Origin: a virus
Lineage: Duplodnaviria; Caudoviricetes
IMG/VR virus record: IMGVR_UViG_3300037313_001206
Span: 1 to 39,136 of that record
Length of the DNA stretch: 39,136 nt
Direction: 5' to 3' (one strand)
Shown here: positions 7,658-14,919 of the stretch, piece after piece
How the letters are laid out: every line of letters starts with the position of its first letter
Numbering within the stretch: the stretch's first letter is position 1
Position numbers and translations under genes: made by a program
Notes under the pieces: generated by a model
Told to the model about the DNA's origin: nothing
Databases searched by the model: none
What the model saw: the letters and a program-made list of their open reading frames with translations, nothing else

Positions 7658-8272
7658 CACTATTTGCTATTCGTAATAACAAATAGAAAACCCACCGGTT
7701 AAGGTGGGCTGCTATTCGTAATACTTACAATATAGCATTTCTATTTCATTACGTCAACACTAACAAGTAGTTAGTCTGGGGAGCCTTTATGCGGGCACCG
7801 AACAACTCGGCTGAGACGACGATAAATTAGGCAGTCCGAGCGGTACACACCTTAACAGTAGATATTGGTAGTGAACTGCTCAGATGTAGTTTACTTGGAT
7901 AAAACACCACTCCCTTAAAAAAGGCAGAGGAGAAGTTCGTTAAACCCGAACCGCTGAGGCTCACTACCATTCACCTACTGTTAAGGCCACAAGCATAAAC
8001 AACGTTTAGTGCTATCGTAAAGCGCCTGGTGACGTAGTGAGGATAGATACGCCCTCCGCCCTTTAACAAGTACGATAAGTTGATCCCCTCCTTTTCCCTA
8101 CGGGACTGTGAGCCTAGCTAACGCCTTTTATATGCCTTTAGTTAGAACGAGAGACCATCTAATAACCACTGACTATGTATAGTACGACACACTTTGGACA
8201 GGTTGCACTACCGAGCCAGAAGAATGTGAGGTACCCCTTTAGCCGCTAGGCAGCGAAAAGAAAGGGGTTATT
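7658..8272 (+). ncRNA. Candidate ~600-nt structured RNA / replication-origin region
   Basis: TTGCTT-17-TACAGT promoter (7623-7651) and no ORF >=60 aa. 12-bp inverted repeat 7850-7861/7975-7986 encloses a 9-bp one (7866-7874/7961-7969). Terminal hairpin 8233-8268 followed by TATTT. Confidence 0.45.
7686..7722 (-). ncRNA. ~37-nt cis-antisense sRNA
   Basis: TTGACG-17-TATATT promoter with TG extension (7757-7729), and terminator CCCACC/GGTGGG followed by TTTTC. Confidence 0.6.
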
Positions 8273-8296
8273 TGTCGTGGTAAAATAAGGAGAATT

Positions 8297-8389
8297 ATGA
8301 CAAACAAGAACAGCCTCATTCCCTGCATGGACAACGGTCAAGGCGCTTGTGTGTTCTGTGGTGAAGAACTGCACTGCATCTCTCTATAA
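8297..8389 (+). CDS. 30-aa Cys-rich mini-protein
   Basis: TAAGGAG RBS, MTNKNSLIPCMDNGQGACVFCGEELHCISL*. Confidence 0.5.
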   Translation: MTNKNSLIPCMDNGQGACVFCGEELHCISL

Positions 8390-8392
8390 CCT

Positions 8393-8468
8393 AAAACCCC
8401 CAAGCGCAAAGAGGTAATCAAAACACTTGGGGGTTTGTATTTAGCTTACGGTACAGCATGGATACCGT
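8393..8468 (-). ncRNA. sRNA cassette 3
   Basis: TGCTATACT (-10 at 8475-8480), 5' hairpin ACGGTA/TACCGT, and terminator AAACCCCCAAG/CTTGGGGGTTT with a 21-nt loop. Confidence 0.6.
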
Positions 8469-8482
8469 GGCTGTAGTATAGC

Positions 8483-8568
8483 AAAAAGAAAAAGACCCCA
8501 AACGCACAGGGTCTTTTCTATAACTGATGTGAGCATGCGCGCTTACAGCCAGTAGCAACTTTCTAGCC
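8483..8568 (-). ncRNA. sRNA cassette 2
   Basis: TGATATGCT (-10 at 8574-8579), and terminator AAAAGACCC/GGGTCTTTT followed by a T-tract. Confidence 0.55.
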
Positions 8569-8583
8569 CTACTAGCATATCAC

Positions 8584-8650
8584 AAAAAGAAACACCTCCG
8601 GGATCAAGGGAGGTGTTCACTTATCGAAATGTGTGAGGGTGCGCTCACGA
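8584..8650 (-). ncRNA. sRNA cassette 1
   Basis: TGGTATAAT (-10 at 8656-8661), 5' hairpin GTGAG/CTCAC, and terminator AACACCTCC/GGAGGTGTT followed by TCTTTTT. Confidence 0.6.
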
Positions 8651-8656
8651 GTTTGA

Positions 8657-8935
8657 TTATACCAACACATTACGCTCTGGGCCAAATTCCGGCCAACGAT
8701 CGCGCAGTTGCTCTGCATAATTCGTCTCCGAAATACTGTCGTATACATTCGCATAGCTCAGCAAAGCCACTTTTCCGGCCATTTCAGCGCCTTTATACAC
8801 GATACTGGTAAATGTATTGGCTGCGGTGCCTAAAGCTGCTTGGAGGGCTTCTACGCGTTGCTGGCGGACAAAGCTAGGGTCTAGTTCCCCGTCGCGGGTA
8901 ATGGTGAATTGTTCTAGTGTTTGTGTTTCTTTCAT
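8657..8935 (-). CDS. Hypothetical protein
   Basis: Start likely MKETQ (8935), shortly after TGTTATTAT. Divergent from the 9002 ORF. Confidence 0.65.
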   Translation of the reverse strand: MKETQTLEQFTITRDGELDPSFVRQQRVEALQAALGTAANTFTSIVYKGAEMAGKVALLSYANVYDSISETNYAEQLRDRWPEFGPERNVLV

Positions 8936-9001
8936 AGTGATTACATAATACACTATCTACAGTGACTTGTAAATAACTTGTTAGTACGATATAGTATCCG
9001 T

Positions 9002-9286
9002 ATGAGTACAACTGCCCACACCAATGACTTTTCAGAACTTATAGAATCTTACCTAGATGCCGATATGAAGGCTGCTATACAAGATGCTTTCGACCGTGCC
9101 ATTGAGCAAGCCGTAGCTGAGGCAGAAAACAAACGTGATGAAGTAGTAGCCTCTACCCTACTCAAGTTATCCAAACACATGAAAGTAGTAGCCTCTAACC
9201 TACTCAAGTTATCCAAACACATGAGTATTCAGGACATGTCTACAGCTCTTCGTATTGAAATTAGTAAACCAGATAAGGATTTATAG
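9002..9286 (+). CDS. Hypothetical helical protein with 14-aa internal duplication
   Basis: ATG 6 nt after TATAGT (leaderless-type). VVASTLLKLSKHMK / VVASNLLKLSKHMS. Confidence 0.7.
   Translation: MSTTAHTNDFSELIESYLDADMKAAIQDAFDRAIEQAVAEAENKRDEVVASTLLKLSKHMKVVASNLLKLSKHMSIQDMSTALRIEISKPDKDL
9141..9224 (+). repeat. 42-bp tandem duplication (2 copies, 1 mismatch)
   Basis: AAGTAGTAGCCTCTA[C/A]CCTACTCAAGTTATCCAAACACATGA x2. Confidence 0.95.
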
Positions 9287-9453
9287 TGCCATTTAACACC
9301 TCCCAACACTCCAACCTAGGCTATGTAGATAAAGAGTACAAAGTACTGTTAGACAAGCTCTGTGCAGCCGAGAAGCGATCCATTAAAGATGAACTGGAAG
9401 TACTCATTTATAGGGCTGCCGTGAGTATGGATATAACCACTAGCAAAAAGTAG
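9286..9453 (+). CDS. Arc/RHH-like DNA-binding protein (55 aa)
   Basis: GTG start after AAGGA. VDKEYKVLLDKLCAAEKRSIKDELEVLI fits the Arc-like L..L...A.E.RS...E pattern. Confidence 0.6.
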   Translation: MPFNTSQHSNLGYVDKEYKVLLDKLCAAEKRSIKDELEVLIYRAAVSMDITTSKK

Positions 9454-9482
9454 TTGACAAGTTACTTACACTAGACTACACT
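9454..9482 (+). promoter_or_regulatory. Sigma70-type promoter for the rightward early operon
   Basis: TTGACA-17-TACACT. Confidence 0.8.
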
Positions 9483-9576
9483 ACTCAGTAGATTCAACCG
9501 CCAGCTGACCGACACCGCGAGTGCAGCCAACCGAATCTACCATTATCAACCGTAAATGCAGGGGATCACTAGAAAT

Positions 9577-10302
9577 ATGCAGTTACACAAATACCACGTT
9601 ATCGCAACGCCCAAGACCAACCTTCCAGGCGGCTCCGTGATGACAGCCAATGTTATACAAATCGCAAATCCTAAGCGCGGCCCTAAGCAGATGCTTACCC
9701 TCGCCGACCTGCGGAGGAGCAAGTAATGTACTTCGTCACCTACCTAACTGCTAACGGCAAATATGAGATGCCCTTTCCAACTAGGAAAATGGCAAAAGAA
9801 TTTGCAGCCACACTTGTAGATATAAACAAAGTTAAGGGTCACCTTGCTTCGGGCATACGAATTGTGGAGGAAGTAAAATGAGCTTCTCAGACTACTACAA
9901 CAAGCATATTCTGCCCCAAACTAACGCTATGATGGATAACGTGGCACATCTACACGACAATCCCTTCACAACCGTCAAGAACCCGAAGGTACGGAAATGA
10001 CTGCCAAAGATTTTACCACCCTGGCCCGCACTCTCAAAGACGCCCCGGTAAGGACAATCACCAACGCGCTCATAGATATGTACTACAGGGGTGCGAATGA
10101 CGCACTCGACAAACTAGAATCAGTAGGAAACAAATAAATGACTACAATAGAAATCAGTGGCGCAGGCTTACCCCTGACTGTCCTACAGCAAATTAACAAT
10201 GACCTTGCGAGTATCCAGCACTTCAGCTACCAAGCTAACTGTAACCACTCCTTCGAGAATGACACCTGCAATAACTGTGGTCTTGAGATTGTGAGCTGGT
10301 AA
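9577..10302 (+). other. Chain of five translationally coupled small ORFs (9577-9726, 9726-9881, 9878-10000, 9997-10137, 10138-10302)
   Basis: Translated by hand, 40-54 aa each, with TAATG/ATGA junctions and GGAGG-like sites before some. Confidence 0.6.
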
Positions 10303-10595
10303 TGGGAGAGATCGAGGAACGCAAGAAAGCCTGGCAACGCAAGATGCAAGAAGTAAATAGGACTAACCGCAGTAACCCATACCTAAACCCTACTGGCCTT
10401 AAACAGGATTCCCTCAACGCTGTTACTTCAGCCATGCAAGGAGGTGCAGGAATCACAAAGCACCAACACCAGTTCACTATCCCAGTAGCTTGGAAATATA
10501 TAGACACTAAGAAAACATCTGTAACCAGTCATTGGCCCGAACAAAAGGAAGTAACCAAACTACGCTGCCCTTGCGGTGAGGAGATTGAACGATGA
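10302..10595 (+). CDS. Hypothetical protein (C-terminal CPCG)
   Basis: 97 aa coupled ORF. Confidence 0.65.
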   Translation: MGEIEERKKAWQRKMQEVNRTNRSNPYLNPTGLKQDSLNAVTSAMQGGAGITKHQHQFTIPVAWKYIDTKKTSVTSHWPEQKEVTKLRCPCGEEIER

Positions 10596-10786
10596 GTGCC
10601 CTGGACGACATGGAAATAGCAATCAAGCTTCTACACGACTACAAAGCGGGTGACACATTAGTTCTTGAATTTAGGCAATTACTTGAATACAAGCAGCAAA
10701 TCAAAGCCCTGTTCTTAGAACTCATCGGTGATAGCACAACCTGTGTGCAAGTGAGCGAGCTGAAGGAGAAGATAAACAACCTATGA
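10592..10786 (+). CDS. Small helical protein, paralog A
   Basis: KQQIKALFLELIGD motif shared with the next ORF. Confidence 0.7.
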   Translation: MSALDDMEIAIKLLHDYKAGDTLVLEFRQLLEYKQQIKALFLELIGDSTTCVQVSELKEKINNL

Positions 10787-10995
10787 GTCAGTTAGACGAC
10801 ATCCTAGATACGATTGATCTCGATCCATATTACGGGGAAATAGTAGAAGGAAGAGAAGAAGCTAAGCAACAAATCAAAGCCCTAATTTTAGAACTGATTG
10901 GCGAAGACCACACCCTTGAAGGGGATACCTACGGTATACATGAGGCGCAAAACGACCTGAAGTATGAACTTCGCCAGAAAGTCCAAAACCTATGA
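10783..10995 (+). CDS. Small helical protein, paralog B
   Basis: KQQIKALILELIGE, ends KVQNL versus KINNL in paralog A. Confidence 0.7.
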   Translation: MSQLDDILDTIDLDPYYGEIVEGREEAKQQIKALILELIGEDHTLEGDTYGIHEAQNDLKYELRQKVQNL

Positions 10996-11079
10996 ACCTC
11001 CACCCCATCACCCAAGAACTAGAACAAGTAGACCGTTTACGACAACTGAAAGTAGCAAGACTAAGGAAGAAATGGAGTC

Positions 11080-11304
11080 ATGAGTAGAACAGGATACGTT
11101 TTTGAATCACATGGGCGCTACGACCGCAAGAAACACGTTGTACGCAGCCTCTGTAGCCAGTGCGGGGTTCATGAGCATCCAAAAGGATTCAAACGACTCT
11201 ACATGCACGGTACGTGGTTCAGGGGCGAAGATGAGCAACTAGGTATTTACTGCCGAGACTGTGCCCAAAAGTTCATTGCAGAACATTCAGAAGAGATGAA
11301 ATAG
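11080..11304 (+). CDS. Zinc-finger hypothetical protein
   Basis: CSQC...CRDC, GGAG RBS. Confidence 0.65.
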   Translation: MSRTGYVFESHGRYDRKKHVVRSLCSQCGVHEHPKGFKRLYMHGTWFRGEDEQLGIYCRDCAQKFIAEHSEEMK

Positions 11305-11312
11305 AAAGCTAA

Positions 11313-11504
11313 GTGGAGCAACAAATGAGTTACTTACTGAAAGATGAATATGGCCCATATGCTCATCTGAACTACACCGATGACGAGAAAATTGGCACAT
11401 TCTGGGTACTGCACTGCGAAAAGCACGGGGACACACTCTCCTTTACCGATAAGTCCGGCGCAGACAACTGCATTGAATGCATCAAAGAGCTAATAGAAAG
11501 CTAA
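11313..11504 (+). CDS. Zinc-binding hypothetical protein
   Basis: CEKHG...CIEC. Confidence 0.6.
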   Translation: MEQQMSYLLKDEYGPYAHLNYTDDEKIGTFWVLHCEKHGDTLSFTDKSGADNCIECIKELIES

Positions 11505-11984
11505 ATGGGAGACAGAAAGATGACTAGGGAAATAAAGTTCCGTGCATGGGATAAGACTGAAAAGCGTTGGATCGGTGACAATAACAAGACCTATGTAGCA
11601 ATTAGCGGAGAATTAGGTTTCCTCTGTGAATATGCACCTCACCCGAGTGGAACATGGGAACCAAAAGTCATCCGAGCTTTTACCTGGAATGAAATGAAAA
11701 ATCTTGAGTTCGTTGAATACACCGGCCTGAAAGACCGTAACGGCAAAGACATCTATGAGGGAGATATATTGCGGCACTTGCTCCGCTACCCTGTTGAACA
11801 TCAAGAGAAGTATCCCCGTGATAAATATGGCGCATTGCGTGGCCCAGTAACTTGGCAGGATGGTTGGTTGTACGCCGATGCCAAGACAGACGGCGTAGAG
11901 AATAACTTGCTCTACAAAGAAGTAGCCAAGAACTACGAAGTTGCTGGTAACATACACGAAAACGGAGATTTACTAAATGCGTAA
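11505..11984 (+). CDS. YopX family protein
   Basis: REIKFRAWD, YTGLKDRNGKDIYEGDIL, EVAGNIHEN. Confidence 0.92.
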   Translation: MGDRKMTREIKFRAWDKTEKRWIGDNNKTYVAISGELGFLCEYAPHPSGTWEPKVIRAFTWNEMKNLEFVEYTGLKDRNGKDIYEGDILRHLLRYPVEHQEKYPRDKYGALRGPVTWQDGWLYADAKTDGVENNLLYKEVAKNYEVAGNIHENGDLLNA

Positions 11985-12102
11985 CTTCACTACCGAACAA
12001 CTGACAGCCATGAAAGAACTTGCCCAGGAGTGGCGGAGTCATAAGATCACTACAGGTGAGTACCATGTGCGACTAACTAAGTTCTACGAAGATTAACAAC
12101 CC

Positions 12103-12167
12103 GCTGGTGCCTGCTACGTTGCAACGTTAGAACGCAGGTTAAATGAGAATCCATTTTGGCAGCCAGC
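12103..12167 (+). ncRNA. Three-way-junction structured RNA
   Basis: Closing GCTGG-TGCC/GGCA-GCCAGC, with arms CCTGC/GCAGG and AAATG/CATTT. Confidence 0.45.
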
Positions 12168-12207
12168 ATTCCCCGGTTCTTTAACAGCCAAGAAAATGTA
12201 TCCCATT

Positions 12208-12343
12208 GGCGGTGGGAAGTGGCGGACAGTGAGCCGTCGAAGGCGCTCCAGCTGTGAAAAGGCGAGGTTAGTAAGATGCATAAGAAAACTGAGTCACGCG
12301 CATATAAAGCTGGCCGCAGGTCAAACCCTGCCTTCCCACCGCC
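12208..12343 (+). ncRNA. tRNA-like RNA with expanded anticodon arm
   Basis: 12-bp closing stem GGCGGTGGGAAG/CTTCCCACCGCC, T-arm GCAGG-TCAAAC-CCTGC, and CCAGC/GCTGG stem enclosing ~55 nt. Confidence 0.6.
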
Positions 12344-12358
12344 TTCAGGTACATTTAT

Positions 12359-12436
12359 GGGCGCATGGTGTAACGGTAGATCACACCCCCGTACAGGGGA
12401 TATGAGGTTCCGGTTCGATTCCGGATGCGCCCACCT
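12359..12436 (+). tRNA. Atypical tRNA / pseudo-tRNA (anticodon possibly GTA, Tyr-like)
   Basis: Acceptor GGGCGCA/TGCGCCC, D-arm GTG..CAC, canonical T-arm TCCGG-TTCGATT-CCGGA. Anticodon arm CCCCC-GTACA-GGGG is irregular and the 3' end reads ACCT. Confidence 0.7.
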
Positions 12437-12451
12437 ATAACCAACCCTAGA

Positions 12452-12569
12452 TGTTGGCCGTTGATGGTAAGTGTCGTAGCAAGACGACAATAGTACGGGA
12501 AGGATATCAGGCCTGAGCAGGTTCGACTCCTGCTAAACCGTATTCTTGCCTTACCATCAGCAGTCAGCA
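12452..12569 (+). ncRNA. Long-stem RNA carrying a canonical T-arm
   Basis: ~20-bp closing stem with three G-U pairs, TGTCGT/ACGACA hairpin, and AGCAGG-TTCGACT-CCTGCT. Confidence 0.6.
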
Positions 12570-12852
12570 CCTAAGAAAAGATTAAGTAACTAAGGAGTAT
12601 AGAGAATGAGTTTGTTGCAGAGGGTTCTCAATCCAAACAATATCGACTATTGCCAGTATGCAGGTTGTAAACAACCTCGTATGGCCGAGTCTGGTTCTAC
12701 CATATGTTTCAAACACTATTTCATTACTCCACTAACCCAAAAGGCTGATAAATGAGCAAACTATTCAAGACTAGCGACCACTACGATTGTAGTGAACATC
12801 CTGATTGTGACGGCACAAACAACCCTAAAGGTGATACTTATGGGGCAGGCAT

Positions 12853-13194
12853 ATGACAGACATCGAGAGAGAACGAGCAACACCAACTAATAACACCCCA
12901 GACCAGACGGCAGAGCTGCGCGAAACCCTATTTAGCGTATGGCGAGCAGGTCGTGACGGCACCGACAGATACGAGACTGTTTACAAAGCAGAAAAGCGAC
13001 TCGCCGCCGACCGCCAAAAGGCAGTGGAGCGGGCTGAGGTGTACTTTGCTAAGGGCGTTCTGAATGACCTGAACCAAAAGCTATTCTTCAGCACTACGCA
13101 GCCAGATAGCCAGTTTGTTAAGGACGCGATAATTGAGGCGTTAGAGAAGCTAGAGCACCGAGATGCCGAGCTTCAGCAGAAAGGACAAGACTAA
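12853..13194 (+). CDS. Hypothetical helical protein
   Basis: 113 aa in a coupled operon. Confidence 0.7.
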   Translation: MTDIERERATPTNNTPDQTAELRETLFSVWRAGRDGTDRYETVYKAEKRLAADRQKAVERAEVYFAKGVLNDLNQKLFFSTTQPDSQFVKDAIIEALEKLEHRDAELQQKGQD

Positions 13195-13490
13195 TGGACT
13201 CCACCGAAAAGGTACGGGCAATCATCCGAGCCGCAATGATTTGGGCGCGGCTTCACAGTTACCAGCCGATTGACAATTACATTTCTGACTCTGAGGCCGC
13301 CATCACCCAACTACTGGACAAACCGCGATGCACTGTTGCAGGTAAATCCATAGAATTTGCCCATACGGCCGCAAACGGTGCTAAGCACCTGTTTATTGAC
13401 GGATATCACAACCCCGATATTTGTCCGGAATGTATTAAGCCAGGCGTGTTGCTGCAAGCTGCCCAGGAAGGAACACAAGCAAGTGAGTAA
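13194..13490 (+). CDS. Hypothetical protein (H..C..C motif)
   Basis: 98 aa, TAATG-coupled. Confidence 0.65.
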   Translation: MDSTEKVRAIIRAAMIWARLHSYQPIDNYISDSEAAITQLLDKPRCTVAGKSIEFAHTAANGAKHLFIDGYHNPDICPECIKPGVLLQAAQEGTQASE

Positions 13491-13884
13491 GCAAATAACA
13501 TTAGGCGAGTTGACTGATTGGCTAGAGCAAATCTCCGATAAATCTGCCGCAGTTTGTTTTGATTTTGGTTCAGCAGTGCCAACCGATTTTGGTTCTTGGC
13601 GCGGTGCTTACGACCAACTAGAACTTGGCTACAAATTGACAAGTTACGACTCTACAGAAGATGACGCACAAACTTGGCCTCAAGTGACAGTTGAGCAACT
13701 TTTAGAAAGGTGCAAGGCTGCGGACGGAGCGACATACACCGGCTGGAAGGGCGGAGATTTTACAATGAGTCGCTCCAACGTAATCTGGGTATCTAATGAC
13801 GGTAATGCCAGTAATAGCGGCATCTCAGACATGTGGGATAAAGGCTACCAAATAGTACTCTGCACAGAATGGTTTGACTACTAA
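13483..13884 (+). CDS. Conserved phage hypothetical protein
   Basis: GTG start (MSKQITLGELTDWLE). SWRGAYDQL and YTGWKGGDFTM motifs recall a common phage family. Confidence 0.75.
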   Translation: MSKQITLGELTDWLEQISDKSAAVCFDFGSAVPTDFGSWRGAYDQLELGYKLTSYDSTEDDAQTWPQVTVEQLLERCKAADGATYTGWKGGDFTMSRSNVIWVSNDGNASNSGISDMWDKGYQIVLCTEWFDY

Positions 13885-14198
13885 TGCCTAACCAACCAGA
13901 GCAACCCAACAGCGAGTGGCTAGACTTGTTCGAGGAAGCGCTTGAGTCAGCATATGAAGCTGGCAAAGACGACGCCAATCACGATATAGATATTGAGGAG
14001 CGCGCTAAAGCAGCTATTGAGGCTCACGTGCAAGCCGCTGTGGCTGAGGCCCGCATTGATGAGCATCGCCTGTTATGGAGCATCGTACCTACCGACGCCG
14101 AGCACATAGGGACAATTAAAGACATCAGCAATTTGAGAGTTGTAAAACTAGAAGCCACCCTGCGAACCAGCAAACCACAAGAGGAGAAAAGCGAGTGA
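13884..14198 (+). CDS. Hypothetical protein with 'EARIDE' motif
   Basis: AKAAIEAHVQAAVAEARIDE. Confidence 0.7.
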   Translation: MPNQPEQPNSEWLDLFEEALESAYEAGKDDANHDIDIEERAKAAIEAHVQAAVAEARIDEHRLLWSIVPTDAEHIGTIKDISNLRVVKLEATLRTSKPQEEKSE

Positions 14199-14557
14199 AA
14201 AAGGTACATATTGCCTTCGATGTAGATGGCACGTTAATTCGCAACGACGGCCCGGGCGACATGGATGGCGGTGTTCCAGTAGCTAATGAGCGCATCCGTA
14301 GCCTGCTAGTCACCCTAGCTTCGTTTAAGAATACCCGGATTACTGTCTGGTCTGGCGGTGGTGAACTATACGCCCGCCAGGTAGTAAACTCGCTTGGACT
14401 CAGCAAATACGTTGACGACTATGCGGGTAAGAACCTGGTCGGCAAAGATGCAGAAGGTAATTACGTCTTTGAGCCAGGATTTAAACCAGATATTGCCATC
14501 GACGACATACAGCACTGTGACCTAGGTAACCTAAACCTGATTGTGAGAGAGAAATGA
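14195..14557 (+). CDS. HAD-superfamily phosphatase-like protein
   Basis: Motif I FDVDGTL, VWSGGG, and C-terminal IAIDD. Confidence 0.85.
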   Translation: MKKVHIAFDVDGTLIRNDGPGDMDGGVPVANERIRSLLVTLASFKNTRITVWSGGGELYARQVVNSLGLSKYVDDYAGKNLVGKDAEGNYVFEPGFKPDIAIDDIQHCDLGNLNLIVREK

Positions 14558-14919
14558 ATCCCCCCGAACCCACAAGTAAAGGCGAAGCCGCTAGTGAACA
14601 GTGGCTGGCTGACCTATTGCCACAACTCAAAAGCATTCAACTACCCCGGGTAAAAGGCCGTATTAGCCTTGGCGGAAGATTGGAAGACAGGGACATAATC
14701 GCTATCGCCAAGTTCATCCGCCAACGCGACACCCAATTGATTGCTAAGCTGCGGGAGCTGGGGCCGAAGAAACGCAATGAGTATTACGGTATGGGTGACT
14801 GCGGCGATTTTAGCCACTGCATCCCAGGGTATATAGATGTTGAGTCTGTGGAATGGTGGAACGAAGTCATAGACGCCTACGAAACCCTGTTCCAACAAAT
14901 CGAAAGAGGAGAAATTTAA
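14554..14919 (+). CDS. Hypothetical protein
   Basis: 121 aa coupled ORF. The WNEVID motif is common in small phage proteins. Confidence 0.65.
   Translation: MNPPEPTSKGEAASEQWLADLLPQLKSIQLPRVKGRISLGGRLEDRDIIAIAKFIRQRDTQLIAKLRELGPKKRNEYYGMGDCGDFSHCIPGYIDVESVEWWNEVIDAYETLFQQIERGEI

Noticed and set aside
8621-8631. 11-nt match TTATCGAAATG between sRNA cassette 1 and the VRR-NUC coding region (~15915)
   Set aside because: Mid-gene 11-mer, expected by chance, with no extension.
7380-8660. CRISPR mini-array
   Set aside because: No 23-45 bp repeat recurs with regular spacers. Only a 14-bp pair and unrelated terminator hairpins are present, and there are no cas genes.
10592-10995. Diversity-generating retroelement TR/VR pair
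   Set aside because: Differences are mostly third-codon and not adenine-specific, and no reverse transcriptase is present.
12208-12343. tmRNA
   Set aside because: Too short, with no G3-U70 alanine identity pair and no tag reading frame.
12359-12436. attP site / prophage integration
   Set aside because: No integrase or recombinase recognised and no host flanks are present.
12077-12570. ORFs 12077-12490, 12196-12405 and 12355-12570
   Set aside because: They overlap the tRNA-like structures and have atypical composition, so they are likely spurious.
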